From positions 64,001 through 128,000 of the forward strand of contig CAVYNY010000009.1 in the NCBI GenBank assembly GCA_963769935.1: a stretch of DNA of 64,000 nucleotides, given 5' to 3'. The notes beneath the pieces are model-generated. The model ran no database searches. It saw only the letters and a list, made by a program, of their open reading frames with translations, and was not told the DNA's origin. The stretch comes from an uncultured delta proteobacterium (GTDB lineage Bacteria; Desulfobacterota; Desulfobacteria; Desulfobacterales; JAFDCJ01). This document shows positions 1-9,830 of this stretch, piece by piece. The position numbers and the translations under genes are program-made. Within the stretch, counting starts at the first letter, position 1, and each line of letters opens with the position of its first letter.

Positions 1-1
1 T

Positions 2-1825
2 CAACCGGTGTCCGTGCGATCCCATGACCAGCATATCGACTCCGTGCGACTCTGCAAAGCTGATCAATTCCCTGGAGGGATCACCTTGGGGGAGCGCAAT
101 TTCCACCGCAACCCCGGCCGCCCGCACCTCTACTGCGATTTCCAGCAGATATTGTTCATCGTCACGCGTATGCTCATCATACGCATCGCTGCTGTAAAAT
201 TGCGCCGGAGCGGAATCGGTCACATGAATCAGGGTGAGCAGTGCTCCCGCCGCCTTTGCCAAGGATAGGGCCCGGCCGACAATCGCAGTGTCGCTGTCGT
301 CCCGTCCCAGTGCCGCCGCAATATGCTTCGAGCGATGAGATTTGATCCCCTCGATGACCACCGAAGCCCCGGTGGGCTTCTCTGCCCTCCAGCTTTTTTC
401 CCCGCGAATCAACGGCAGCAAAATAATGTACACGAGAAAAAATGAGATTGCTGCCGCAATGCCGATCGTCAGAATCGAGACCAGCAGAGGAGCGCCACCC
501 TCTGTCCATTCCATGATCTGGTCATACACCAGTTTACCGTTCAGCACGATGATGACGACGGAAGTGGTCCATGCCAACACCTTTACCCACAATTTGCTGG
601 CGAAGGAGCCCATTTTCAGCTTATCGCTTGTGAAATGCACCAGCGGAACGATGGCAAACGGCAATTGCAGACTGAGAATCACCTGGCTTAAAATCAGCAG
701 CTTGTACGTTCCCTCATCCCCCGAGATCCAAATTACCACCACCGCCGGCAGCAGCGCGATGGAACGCGTGATCAGGCGTCGCAGGTAGGGTCTCAGCCGA
801 ATCCTGACAAACCCTTCCATCACGATTTGTCCTGCCAGTGTGCCCGTCAAAGTCGAGCTTTGCCCTGATGCGAGCAGCGCCAGTCCGAAGGCGATGGGAG
901 CGGCCTGCGTCCCCAGAAGTTGTTCCAGCAACTTGTATGCCTGCTGAATCTCGGTTACGACGATCCCGTTACGATAAAACACTGCCGCCGCCAGGACAAG
1001 GATCGCTGCGTTCACAAAAAAGGCCGCATTCAAGGCGATCATGGAATCGAGGAAGTTATACTTGCAAGCCTGTGACTTCGAATCTATTGTCCGCGATACC
1101 CGGCGTGTCTGCACCAGCGAGGAATGCAGGTATAGGTTGTGCGGCATCACGGTCGCGCCGATGATCCCCAGAATGATGTACAGCGACCCCACGGGCAGGG
1201 AAGGGGCAAGCCCGGCCGCAGCCGCGCCCCAATCCGGTTTCGCCAGAAACAGGTTGACAACGAAACCACCGGCAATGACGCTTATCAGGGACAGGATGAA
1301 CGCTTCCATCTTGCGAATCCCTAATTTCTGGATCGCAAGCAGCACGAAGGTATCTAACAAGGTCACCAGCGCTCCCCAGAGCAGGGGTAGTCCGAAGAGA
1401 AGATTCAACCCGAGTATAGTGCCCAGCAATTCCGCGAGGTCGGTGGCAGCAATGGCAATCTCGCATAGAATCCAAAGTGCGAAGGAGGCTGTTTTAGAAT
1501 ATTCCGATCGGCAGGCCTGTGCCAAATCCTTTCCGGTGACAATCCCGAGGCGCGCAGCCAATGTCTGCAAGAGCACCGCCATCAGGTTCGACATCAGGAT
1601 CACCCAGATCAGCGCGTAGCCGAAGCGTGATCCCCCTTCCAGGTCGGTCGCCCAGTTGCCCGGATCCATGTAGCCCACACTGACCAAGTAGGCCGGTCCT
1701 GCAAAAGCAAATATGCGCTTCCATAATTTGGGATGCCGGGTCTCGACGCTGCTATGAACCTCTTCAAGGGATTTGTCGTTGAAATTCGGCCTGGATTGTG
1801 CTTTATGGGTTTGTTTTGTCTCCAT
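2..1825 (-). CDS. mntH: Nramp family divalent metal (Mn/Fe) transporter with C-terminal Usp domain, 3'-partial
   Basis: Manual translation from ATG at 1825 gives GPAYLVSVGYMDPGNWATDLEGG (Nramp TM1 DPGN) and later GATVMPHNLYLHS. The same frame ends VDMLVMGSHGHRL (Usp signature) at the window edge. It is missing from the ORF track because no stop lies in the window. Confidence 0.93.
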   Translation of the reverse strand, partial: METKQTHKAQSRPNFNDKSLEEVHSSVETRHPKLWKRIFAFAGPAYLVSVGYMDPGNWATDLEGGSRFGYALIWVILMSNLMAVLLQTLAARLGIVTGKDLAQACRSEYSKTASFALWILCEIAIAATDLAELLGTILGLNLLFGLPLLWGALVTLLDTFVLLAIQKLGIRKMEAFILSLISVIAGGFVVNLFLAKPDWGAAAAGLAPSLPVGSLYIILGIIGATVMPHNLYLHSSLVQTRRVSRTIDSKSQACKYNFLDSMIALNAAFFVNAAILVLAAAVFYRNGIVVTEIQQAYKLLEQLLGTQAAPIAFGLALLASGQSSTLTGTLAGQIVMEGFVRIRLRPYLRRLITRSIALLPAVVVIWISGDEGTYKLLILSQVILSLQLPFAIVPLVHFTSDKLKMGSFASKLWVKVLAWTTSVVIIVLNGKLVYDQIMEWTEGGAPLLVSILTIGIAAAISFFLVYIILLPLIRGEKSWRAEKPTGASVVIEGIKSHRSKHIAAALGRDDSDTAIVGRALSLAKAAGALLTLIHVTDSAPAQFYSSDAYDEHTRDDEQYLLEIAVEVRAAGVAVEIALPQGDPSRELISFAESHGVDMLVMGSHGHRL

Positions 1826-2392
1826 ATATCTATACCGGATCTCCGAATGCTTTTGCGAGAGAGATTATCACTTATGATAGAAGATCAACCTTAATAAATT
1901 ATTAAGAAATTATATGGATGGCTTTTCCTCATGCCGGTCGCGGCCGCTCCCATCTTTGATAGGCCTTTAAGAAGAGGTCCCGGCGCATGTTCGCGTGCCT
2001 AAGGTAAGAAGATTTGGCTTTAAATTGCATAAAACCTCCTGTATGTCAATCCCCGCTGGTGACACTGCTGGTCGTTTCTTCCGCGGAATCAGAACCCGCC
2101 CTGCACTCCCCGCAGGAGAATTCGGAGTTCTGATTCCACCCGCAATAAGAAACGGCAGTTCCTGATGCCATCTCGCAATTTTTTCTATTTAAAATCAAAC
2201 TGTTACATTTAGAATCCTCAACCCCTGCCGTCCCCGACGCTCGATTGAGGGAATTGGCGCTTCCAGACGGGCAATTCTCAAAATAAATATTTTGTATAAT
2301 TACAAATACATATATTATTGGCCTCTGTTTTGCTTATTTATTTGAGACCCGCAAAAAACAACTTCCAACGTTCATAAAGAAAGGAATCCAAT

Positions 2393-2692
2393 ATGGAACC
2401 GGTAAGCAAAAGTGAAATTCTGAAACGTTTGGAAACTCTCCAACCCGGAGAAAAATTGAAGATGCGCACGAGTCCGACCTTCGGTGAAATGACGGTTATC
2501 TTCGAGCTGAACCCTGCCTGGCCGAAAAAAGGCCAAAAGAAATTTTTGTTGTGGGTAGGAAAAACCGAGGCCGCTGCCCGCAAGGACAGACCTTTCAACC
2601 AATCGGATAAGCCCCAGAAGCTGGCTGCCTGGGCCGCCGAGCGCTGGACCCAGTGGCTGCGGGAGGAAACAATCACAGACAAAGCGGCTTAA
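2393..2692 (+). CDS. hypothetical protein (99 aa)
   Basis: AAGGA RBS upstream and protein-like composition; no family recognised. Confidence 0.75.
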   Translation: MEPVSKSEILKRLETLQPGEKLKMRTSPTFGEMTVIFELNPAWPKKGQKKFLLWVGKTEAAARKDRPFNQSDKPQKLAAWAAERWTQWLREETITDKAA

Positions 2693-2941
2693 GCCCCGCC
2701 TTTGACCCTGGCCCGTTTCCTCACCCAACTCAAGATATTCGTACATTCATTGGGCAGCGGTAGGCCCTAATTTTCCGATCAATAAAGACAGCGGCGCACA
2801 GCGATAATAACCAAAGAAGCCGATCCGAAACGGATCGGCTTCCCCATCCCCGATACCATTGAAAAATCTCGATCGCTTGTCCAGGACACCCTCTCGACTT
2901 TCCCCTCGGACTCTCAGCGAGATAAACTTCTTCAAAGTCTT

Positions 2942-3673
2942 TTATCGCATGAAAAGCCCCCCATTGACGTCGATCGTTTCGCCGTGCAGAAAGTTGTTAT
3001 CCATAATAAACTTTATCGTGCGGGCGATGTGAATAGGATCACCGTTTATTTGCAGCGGACATGCTTTGCGCCAGGCTTCCAGCTGCTCGGGGGTGGAAAC
3101 TTTATCATGAAACGGGGTAACGATCACCCCCGGCGCCACAGCGTTTACCCGAATGCGAGGCGCCAATTCTTTGGCAAGGCCCCGGGTAAAGGAATCCAGG
3201 GCCGCTTTTGAGGCGGCATAAATGGTGGCGGTCGGTCCGCCATGTCGTATGGCAACTGAACTTATGTTGATGATATTCGGATCTTCCCCTTTCTCGAGCA
3301 TCGGTATGAACAGGGAGGTGACCATCATCGCTGAAAATGTGTTTAAAGCAAAAATCTCCTCCATCAGACGCCACTCGTAATCCCGGGCCGGCTGCCTTTT
3401 TATCAGTCCGCCCGCATTGTTGACGAGTGCATCCAGTTTATCCGCTTTTGCCGCAACGGCCTTGAACAGCGCCCGGCAGCCCTCTTCTTTGGACAAATCC
3501 GCCTGCACAGGCTGAGGTCTCCCCCCTTTCGCTTCGACGTCGGCGGCCACTTTTTCCGCTGCCTCTTTGGATGCATTATAGTGAATGAAGACTTGATTGC
3601 CGGCCGCCAGATGGCGGGCCGTCTCAGCCCCTAAGCCGGTGCTGGCTCCTGTAATAAGTATAACTTTAGACAT
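2942..3673 (-). CDS. SDR family NAD(P)-dependent oxidoreductase
   Basis: TGASTGLG, NNAG and YAASK motifs. Confidence 0.93.
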   Translation of the reverse strand: MSKVILITGASTGLGAETARHLAAGNQVFIHYNASKEAAEKVAADVEAKGGRPQPVQADLSKEEGCRALFKAVAAKADKLDALVNNAGGLIKRQPARDYEWRLMEEIFALNTFSAMMVTSLFIPMLEKGEDPNIINISSVAIRHGGPTATIYAASKAALDSFTRGLAKELAPRIRVNAVAPGVIVTPFHDKVSTPEQLEAWRKACPLQINGDPIHIARTIKFIMDNNFLHGETIDVNGGLFMR

Positions 3674-3814
3674 AATTACTCCTCCCGGATAATATGAATA
3701 GGTAAATTCAGTTGGTTGTGTTTATTGTGTTTATTGAGTTTCTTCTTGATGCACCCAATTTCAACCGGTTGCAGCCTTTGAACCCTGAACCGTGAACCCT
3801 GAACCGGCTTGTGG

Positions 3815-4642
3815 TTACTTCAAATTGGGCAACGCAACCGCGTCCATATCGCTGAAGGTCTGATTGTCACCCAGCATACCCCAGATAAAGGAATAATTCG
3901 AAGTCCCGGCCCCGGCGTGGATCGACCAGCTGGGGGAAATGACCGCTTCTTCATTGCGCATGACAAGATGGCGGGTTTCATCCGGTTGGCCCATCAGGTG
4001 CAGCATTATTGCAGCCGGCGCTAAATCAAAATAAAAATACACTTCCATGCGTCGCTCATGCGTATGGCAGGGCATGCTGTTCCACACACTGCCGGACTCA
4101 AGAACCGTCATCCCCATTACCAGCTGGCAGCTTGGCACACCGTCCGGATGAATATACTTGTAGATCACGCGGACGTTGGCCTCCCGGGGCGAACCTAAAC
4201 TGGTGATTTCAGTTTCGGCGCTCGTGACCCTAACCGACGGATACTGCTTATGGGCCGGGCCGCTAAGCATGTAAAAGCGCGCCGGGTTCTCCGGTTCAAC
4301 GCTTGTGAATACGACCTCTTTTGTATTCCGGCCGATGTAAAGGCCGTCGGTTTTATTGAGTTCAAAATCCCGGCCGTCGACCTTGACCTTGCCCGGGGGG
4401 CCGACATTGATAATGCCCATCTCCCGGCGTTCCAAAAAGTACGCCGTGCCCAGTTCCTTGCCGGCCTCCAGTGCCAGCGGGCCGGCCGGGCATATACCGC
4501 CGATGATCATACGGTCAAAATGGCTGTAGGTCAAGGTCATCCTGCCGCGGGTAAAGAGTGACTGCAGCAGAAACTCCGAGCGGATGCGGTCGGTACTGTA
4601 CCCTTGAAAATCAGTTGGGTGTGATGGATATCTTATCTCCAT
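3815..4642 (-). CDS. kduI: 5-dehydro-4-deoxy-D-glucuronate isomerase
   Basis: MEIRYPSHP start; YFLERREMGIINVG, WNSMPCHTHERRMEVYFYF and SPSWSIH are KduI motifs. The ORF-track 5' extension runs through a repeat. Confidence 0.95.
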   Translation of the reverse strand: MEIRYPSHPTDFQGYSTDRIRSEFLLQSLFTRGRMTLTYSHFDRMIIGGICPAGPLALEAGKELGTAYFLERREMGIINVGPPGKVKVDGRDFELNKTDGLYIGRNTKEVVFTSVEPENPARFYMLSGPAHKQYPSVRVTSAETEITSLGSPREANVRVIYKYIHPDGVPSCQLVMGMTVLESGSVWNSMPCHTHERRMEVYFYFDLAPAAIMLHLMGQPDETRHLVMRNEEAVISPSWSIHAGAGTSNYSFIWGMLGDNQTFSDMDAVALPNLK

Positions 4643-4693
4643 AATGCGCAATCCTTTCCAGTTAAAAAAATTAAGGTTTCGGATGTCAGCTCG

Positions 4694-4825
4694 GCCGCCG
4701 GCCAAAACAACGGCCGGTCTGATCGAAAAAGAAACATAATAGTTCACCGCAGAGCCCGCAGCCTCCGGCCCATAGGGCCTACGCCCCGGTGGGAGAACGC
4801 CGAGAAAGAAAAGTTAAATTAATCT
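4694..4825. repeat. composite intergenic repeat, copy 1 (132 bp identical to 63463-63594)
   Basis: Direct base-by-base comparison. Confidence 0.95.
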
Positions 4826-4833
4826 TAAGGCGC

Positions 4834-5601
4834 TTACATCGCCAAATAGCCGCCGTCGACAAAAATCACCTGGCCGGTGATGTAGTCGGAAGCGGCGGAA
4901 GCCAGAAAAACAGCGGTTCCGGCCAGGTCCTGCGGGTCCGCCCAGCGCCCAAGGGGAATTCGTGCGGTTATCGCATTATAGCGCTCCTCGTTTTTCTGCA
5001 AGGCCTGGGTCAAGTCAGTCTTGACCCAGCCGGGCCCAATCGCATTCACGTTGATGCCGTATTGCCCGAAATCGTTGCACATGGCCTTGGTCAGCTGGGT
5101 CAGGCCGCCTTTGCTGGCCGCATAGGAGGGTACCGTTTTACCGCCGAAAACCGCAATCAGTGAAGATGTATTTATGATCTTGCCCTTAATTTTTTTAGAT
5201 ATCATGATCCGCGCCGCAGCCTGAGCCAGCAGAAATGGTCCGGTCAGGTTGACCTGCAATACCTCCTCCCAGGCCTCGCTGGAATGTTCTTCGGATGCCT
5301 GCCGGTGGATAGTACCGGCATTGTTAAATAAAAAATCTATTTTGCCGAATTCAGTTACGGTCCGGTCTACCAGTGATTGGATACTTTCGTGGTTTTTCAT
5401 GTCGACCGCCAGCGGCACCAGTCGGCCGCCGGTGCCGGCGAATTCTCTGACAGTATTTTCCAGCTTTGCAAGAGTGCGGCCTGCGACCGCTACATCAGCG
5501 CCGGCTTCGGCCAGGCCCGCGGCTATCGCCTTGCCGATCCCGGAACCGGCACCGGTGACGATGCCGCTTTTTCCACTCAGGCTGAATTTATCCAAAATCA
5601 T
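4834..5601 (-). CDS. kduD: 2-dehydro-3-deoxy-D-gluconate 5-dehydrogenase-like SDR
   Basis: MILDKFSL start; GKIINTSS, VPSYAASKGG, RIPLGRW and VDGGYLAM; adjacent to kduI. Confidence 0.85.
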   Translation of the reverse strand: MILDKFSLSGKSGIVTGAGSGIGKAIAAGLAEAGADVAVAGRTLAKLENTVREFAGTGGRLVPLAVDMKNHESIQSLVDRTVTEFGKIDFLFNNAGTIHRQASEEHSSEAWEEVLQVNLTGPFLLAQAAARIMISKKIKGKIINTSSLIAVFGGKTVPSYAASKGGLTQLTKAMCNDFGQYGINVNAIGPGWVKTDLTQALQKNEERYNAITARIPLGRWADPQDLAGTAVFLASAASDYITGQVIFVDGGYLAM

Positions 5602-5625
5602 CTTGGCCTCCAGTTATCTTATCGG

Positions 5626-6381
5626 TCAGCGCTGCCCCCGATGGTTTGGGCCGGATATGGCTTCCGCGTGGGCTTTGATCGCACGAATTTCCCTGTCGAT
5701 CCCCCTGTCACTGTAAATGTAGGATGGAAACGCCATACTGATGGCACAGGTGACTTCACCGGCAATACCGAAAACCGGCGCCGCCACACACATAACACCG
5801 CGGGTAATTTCTTCCCAATCAACCGCGTATCCGCTATTTTTTACTTTTTCCAGTTCTTTCAGCAGCATCTTTTTCCCGGTAATGGTATTATCGGTGTAGG
5901 CTGGCAACGGTTGCGACAAAATTTTTCCCGTCTCCTCCCCGGCGGCATAAGCCAACAGGACCTTACCCATCGCCGTACAATGCAGCGGGAAACTTTTTCC
6001 TATCTCGGAAAAAAGTTTGATCCCAAAATCGCGCGATTCGATCTTATCAACAAAAATTCCGGCCTCCCCGCTTTTAATTCCCATATTACAGGTATGTTCG
6101 GTTTCCTGGTGCAGCTTAATAAGCTGGGGGTGGACTTGTTGACGCAGGTCGAAATTGGACATCACTTCGGCACCAAGGCCGGCCAGTTTGAGCGTGCCGC
6201 GGTACATTTTGGTATCCGTACCGTAGGACAAGTACCCGATACCGGTTAAGTATTTTAAGATACGATGAGCCGTGGATTTGGGCAGTCCGGTTTTAGCAAC
6301 AACCCCGGCAAAGTTCAGCCCTGTGCTCTGATGGGAAACGATCGTCTCGATAACCGTAAATACTTTCTCTAGTGAGCTCAA
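5626..6381 (-). CDS. IclR family transcriptional regulator
   Basis: GLPKSTAHRIL HTH; PLHCTAMGK and GVMCVAAPV IclR motifs. Confidence 0.93.
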   Translation of the reverse strand: MSSLEKVFTVIETIVSHQSTGLNFAGVVAKTGLPKSTAHRILKYLTGIGYLSYGTDTKMYRGTLKLAGLGAEVMSNFDLRQQVHPQLIKLHQETEHTCNMGIKSGEAGIFVDKIESRDFGIKLFSEIGKSFPLHCTAMGKVLLAYAAGEETGKILSQPLPAYTDNTITGKKMLLKELEKVKNSGYAVDWEEITRGVMCVAAPVFGIAGEVTCAISMAFPSYIYSDRGIDREIRAIKAHAEAISGPNHRGQR

Positions 6382-6932
6382 ATATATTTATTCCCAGGTT
6401 GGGAGGCGGAAACCGGTTCGCCGGGTAAAGGCTTCTGCCGGACCCTCCCCGGTGCAGCAATTTCCAAAATAATTTTAATAACACTTTGGACGCAATAGCC
6501 CGTCATGATGGCACCTGCAATGGGCATGCTCGCATACCACAGCGGCCGCGGCCATTCCAGGATAGGCGATCGATCATTGGCCGCTGCAGTGAGCAGATAT
6601 GCATAATAAGTAAAAATAACAAAAAAGCAAAGCGAGAGCAGTCCGACCAGCAGGCTATGGAACAGACCGCAGCGCAGTTGTCCCAGTTTGCCGGAAAGCG
6701 CATCAACGCAAAAATGTTCATTGCGGCGCCAGAGGGCGGCCGCGCCCATAAAAACCAGCCAGGCAAAAGCCCATTCGATTGCTTCGTCCGACCAGCTTAA
6801 TTTGGCGATCGGGACGAAGCGCACGAATACCACGCCGCTCAATACCACCGCCAGCATTACAAAACACCCAATGCTGAACCATCGCAGGGTTCGCTCTATC
6901 CAGCCGTCTAATTTTATTAAGAATTGCAGCAT
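6378..6932 (-). CDS. dctQ: TRAP transporter small permease (DctQ)
   Basis: Four TM segments; WSDE..W..F.GAA and EHFCVD motifs; start reassigned to ATG 6932 after AAGGAG. Confidence 0.9.
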   Translation of the reverse strand: MLQFLIKLDGWIERTLRWFSIGCFVMLAVVLSGVVFVRFVPIAKLSWSDEAIEWAFAWLVFMGAAALWRRNEHFCVDALSGKLGQLRCGLFHSLLVGLLSLCFFVIFTYYAYLLTAAANDRSPILEWPRPLWYASMPIAGAIMTGYCVQSVIKIILEIAAPGRVRQKPLPGEPVSASQPGNKYI

Positions 6933-6976
6933 GGCTCCTTCTCGTGAGACTGTCCCGCCGGAACGGATAACTTCTC

Positions 6977-8263
6977 CTAACGCGGCATCAGCAGATCGGG
7001 TATTCCCAGCGAAAATACCGGCACATAGGTAATCAGGATCAGAACGAAGAATATGCCGAGCAGATAGGGCCAGAGTTCTTTTGACAAAGCGCCTACCGGA
7101 ACATTGCTGATGCTTGCCACGGCATAGAGCGACATTCCCACCGGTGGTGTGAGCAATCCCAGCATCGAGCACAGAATCATGATCACCCCGAATTGAATCG
7201 GATCCACCCCGAATTGTTCGATCAGCGGCATAAAAACCGGTATGGTTATAACCAGCACGGCGATGCCTTCCAGAAAGCAGCCTAAAATGAGCAGTATGGC
7301 AATAATGATCAAAAGGAGCACCCACCGGGTGCTGCTCAATGAGGTCAGACCGCTAATTACCTGCTGCGGTATCCGCTGGTGGATCAGCAGCCATCCGAGG
7401 AAGCCCGCCGCAGCAATTATAAATAAAACTTTAACGCTTTGAACAATGGTTTCCCACAGGATGTCCGCCAAATCTTTGATTCTGATCTCGCGGTATACGA
7501 AAAGGCCCAGCAGCAGGGCATAAATCGAGGCTACCACGGCAGCTTCCGTAGGGGTAAAAATACCGCCCAGGATGCCGCCGATAATCAGGACCGGCATAAA
7601 CAATGCAAAAGATGACCCCCAGGCACTGATCAGTAATTCCTTTAGAGATGCCCTCTGGCCCCTGGGAAAACCGCGTCGTTTGGAAACAAAATAAACGGCG
7701 ATCATCATAGCCAGACCCATCATCACCCCCGGCAGACATCCGGCGAGAAAAAGACGGCCGACCGACTCGCCGGTCATGCTGCCGTAAATTACAAAAGGAA
7801 TGCTGGGAGGGACCACCGGGCCGATCGTAGACGATGCCGCCGTAATGGCGGCACTGAATCGAAGGCCGTAACCGGCTTTTTTCATGGCTTCCAATTCGAC
7901 GAGACCCAGGCCGGCCGCATCGGCCACCGCGGCGCCGGACATGCCTGAAAAAATCATGCTCGAAACCACATTGACGTGCCCGAGTCCACCCTGCAAGTGG
8001 CCGACCAAGGCCTGGGCAAAGCGAAAGATCCGGTGGGTGATCCCACCCCTGTTCATCAAATTACCGGCCAGAATGAAGAAGGGTATTGCCAGCAGCGTAA
8101 AGCCGGTGGTCGCCGAATACATGCGTTGCGCCAGCATCGGCAAAACAAAAGCCTCACCCAGAAAAATAAAGGTTCCCACAGCCGTCAGACCCATGGCCAC
8201 GGCAATCGGGACTCCCAGAAAGATGAGCGCTACCAGCACGCCGAATATCGCCAACGTCAGCAT
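6977..8263 (-). CDS. dctM: TRAP transporter large permease (DctM)
   Basis: LLAIPFFILAGNLM, GPVVPPSIP and LLTPPVG motifs. Confidence 0.96.
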   Translation of the reverse strand: MLTLAIFGVLVALIFLGVPIAVAMGLTAVGTFIFLGEAFVLPMLAQRMYSATTGFTLLAIPFFILAGNLMNRGGITHRIFRFAQALVGHLQGGLGHVNVVSSMIFSGMSGAAVADAAGLGLVELEAMKKAGYGLRFSAAITAASSTIGPVVPPSIPFVIYGSMTGESVGRLFLAGCLPGVMMGLAMMIAVYFVSKRRGFPRGQRASLKELLISAWGSSFALFMPVLIIGGILGGIFTPTEAAVVASIYALLLGLFVYREIRIKDLADILWETIVQSVKVLFIIAAAGFLGWLLIHQRIPQQVISGLTSLSSTRWVLLLIIIAILLILGCFLEGIAVLVITIPVFMPLIEQFGVDPIQFGVIMILCSMLGLLTPPVGMSLYAVASISNVPVGALSKELWPYLLGIFFVLILITYVPVFSLGIPDLLMPR

Positions 8264-8300
8264 GACCTGCGTCCCTTCCGACCGGTTTTATCCGGTGCTG

Positions 8301-9287
8301 TTAACGTGCGTCATTAACCATCTTGAGAAATTTGGCGACATTTTCCTTCCCGGCGTAATCGGCGATGCGGTCGTAAGCAGGCTGCATGGCGTCGCGGAAT
8401 TTTGCAATGTCCGGCTCGGTTACCTGCATGCCTTTGTCCTTGAGTTTCTGAATCAATTCGCCTTCTTCCTCCACCATGCGGTCACGGAACCACTGGCCGG
8501 CCTTTTTGCTCTCCTCTTTAATAATTAACTGCTGTTCGGGGGTTAGCTTGTCCCAGGTTGTTTTATTCATTACATGAACCATGGAATTGTAGACATGGCG
8601 GGTGAGGGCCAGGTTTTTTTGAACTTCATAGAGTTTAAAGTGGTAGATGACGGCCAGGGGATTCTCCTGTCCATCGACCACGCCCTGTTTCAGGGCATTG
8701 TAAAGTTCGGGGAAGGCAATTTTGGTGACCACGGCCCCGCAGGCTTCCATGGCGGCCTGAAGCTGCAATTCAGGCGGAGTGCGCATTTTAAGGCCTTTCA
8801 TGTCGGCGGGTGTCATCACGGGCCTGACATTGTTGGTGACATTGCGAAAGCCCCATTCCCAGTTGGAGAGAAGCACGAGATTCTGCGCTGCGAGCTTGGG
8901 CGCCACCCAATCCATGAACGGGCCATCCAGCACCCGCCAGCAATGTTCATAACTGTCATAGACAAACGGCAGCATGACGACGGAAAACTCGCGGACATAC
9001 TTATCCAGGGCCCCCTGGGTGGGCAGATTCATATCGATGGCGCCGAGTTTGGTCTGTTCCAGCTCTTCCGGGGGAGATCCCAGAGCATTGGCCGGGTAGA
9101 TCTTGACGGTGATTGCGCCCTGAGTGCGTTTTTCTACGGCTTCGGCAAACATCAGCGTTGCCTTATGGCCCGGATGGGTTTCGGCCGCGTAATGTCCGAA
9201 TTTTAACTCCAGCGCCATGGCCGGGGTACTCACCAATCCTGCAATCAAAAATACACCAAGTAAGACGATGAAATTTCTTGTCTTCAT
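8301..9287 (-). CDS. dctP: TRAP transporter substrate-binding protein (DctP)
   Basis: Signal peptide; DMKGLKMRT and LKQGVVDGQENP motifs. Confidence 0.96.
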   Translation of the reverse strand: MKTRNFIVLLGVFLIAGLVSTPAMALELKFGHYAAETHPGHKATLMFAEAVEKRTQGAITVKIYPANALGSPPEELEQTKLGAIDMNLPTQGALDKYVREFSVVMLPFVYDSYEHCWRVLDGPFMDWVAPKLAAQNLVLLSNWEWGFRNVTNNVRPVMTPADMKGLKMRTPPELQLQAAMEACGAVVTKIAFPELYNALKQGVVDGQENPLAVIYHFKLYEVQKNLALTRHVYNSMVHVMNKTTWDKLTPEQQLIIKEESKKAGQWFRDRMVEEEGELIQKLKDKGMQVTEPDIAKFRDAMQPAYDRIADYAGKENVAKFLKMVNDAR

Positions 9288-9521
9288 TTTGCTCCTCCTT
9301 TCCTGAGTAGAATTGGTTTTGTGAAAATAAATCGGCGACCGCCTGCAGAGCTGGGGCTATGGGGAAGGCACCTGGAACGGGCCGGGGTCACGCTCTGCTT
9401 ACGATCGCTGACTTAAGTAAAGAATTTTGGCTGCATGACACTTATTCCCCCGGTCGGAGCCTGCCCTGGTAATTTTTCGAAACATATTTTGATTCATTCA
9501 CCAGTGGTCACCGGACCAGAA

Positions 9522-9589
9522 AGTTCCAAATACGGAACTCATTTTCATATTGTGAAATATAACCTATTTTTTCCAATCTGGTTTGTCAA
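9522..9589 (-). promoter_or_regulatory. putative sigma70 promoter with two palindromic operators (IclR-type) for the TRAP-kdu operon
   Basis: TTGACA (9589-9584), 17 nt spacer, TAGGTT; palindromes TTTCA-N5-TGAAA (9543-9557) and AGTTCC-N6-GGAACT (9522-9539). Confidence 0.6.
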
Positions 9590-9830
9590 GAAAAAAGTGG
9601 AGAATTCCGGTTCGGCGGGCAGGCGCAGGCTTCACCCCGGCTCCCAGCTCGCAGAGCCTACAGCTCGGAGAGAGGGGCGGTTTTGGACATCCGATAATTT
9701 ATGGAAAGATGCAATGATGGATCCTGGGGAATCTCAAGCGGAGGATGGTCTGATTTTAATCGCCTTCGCCCGAATACCCTGTCCCGCTTGCAGCGGGACG
9801 GCAAGAATGAAGGGCCGGGTAAACCGGGGG

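Noticed and set aside
4643..4747. N-terminal extensions of kduI (also the MoaD-like gene to 51500, DctQ to 7325 and the IlvD-like gene from 53995)
   Set aside because: The extensions run through repeats or neighbouring genes; downstream starts match the family N-termini.
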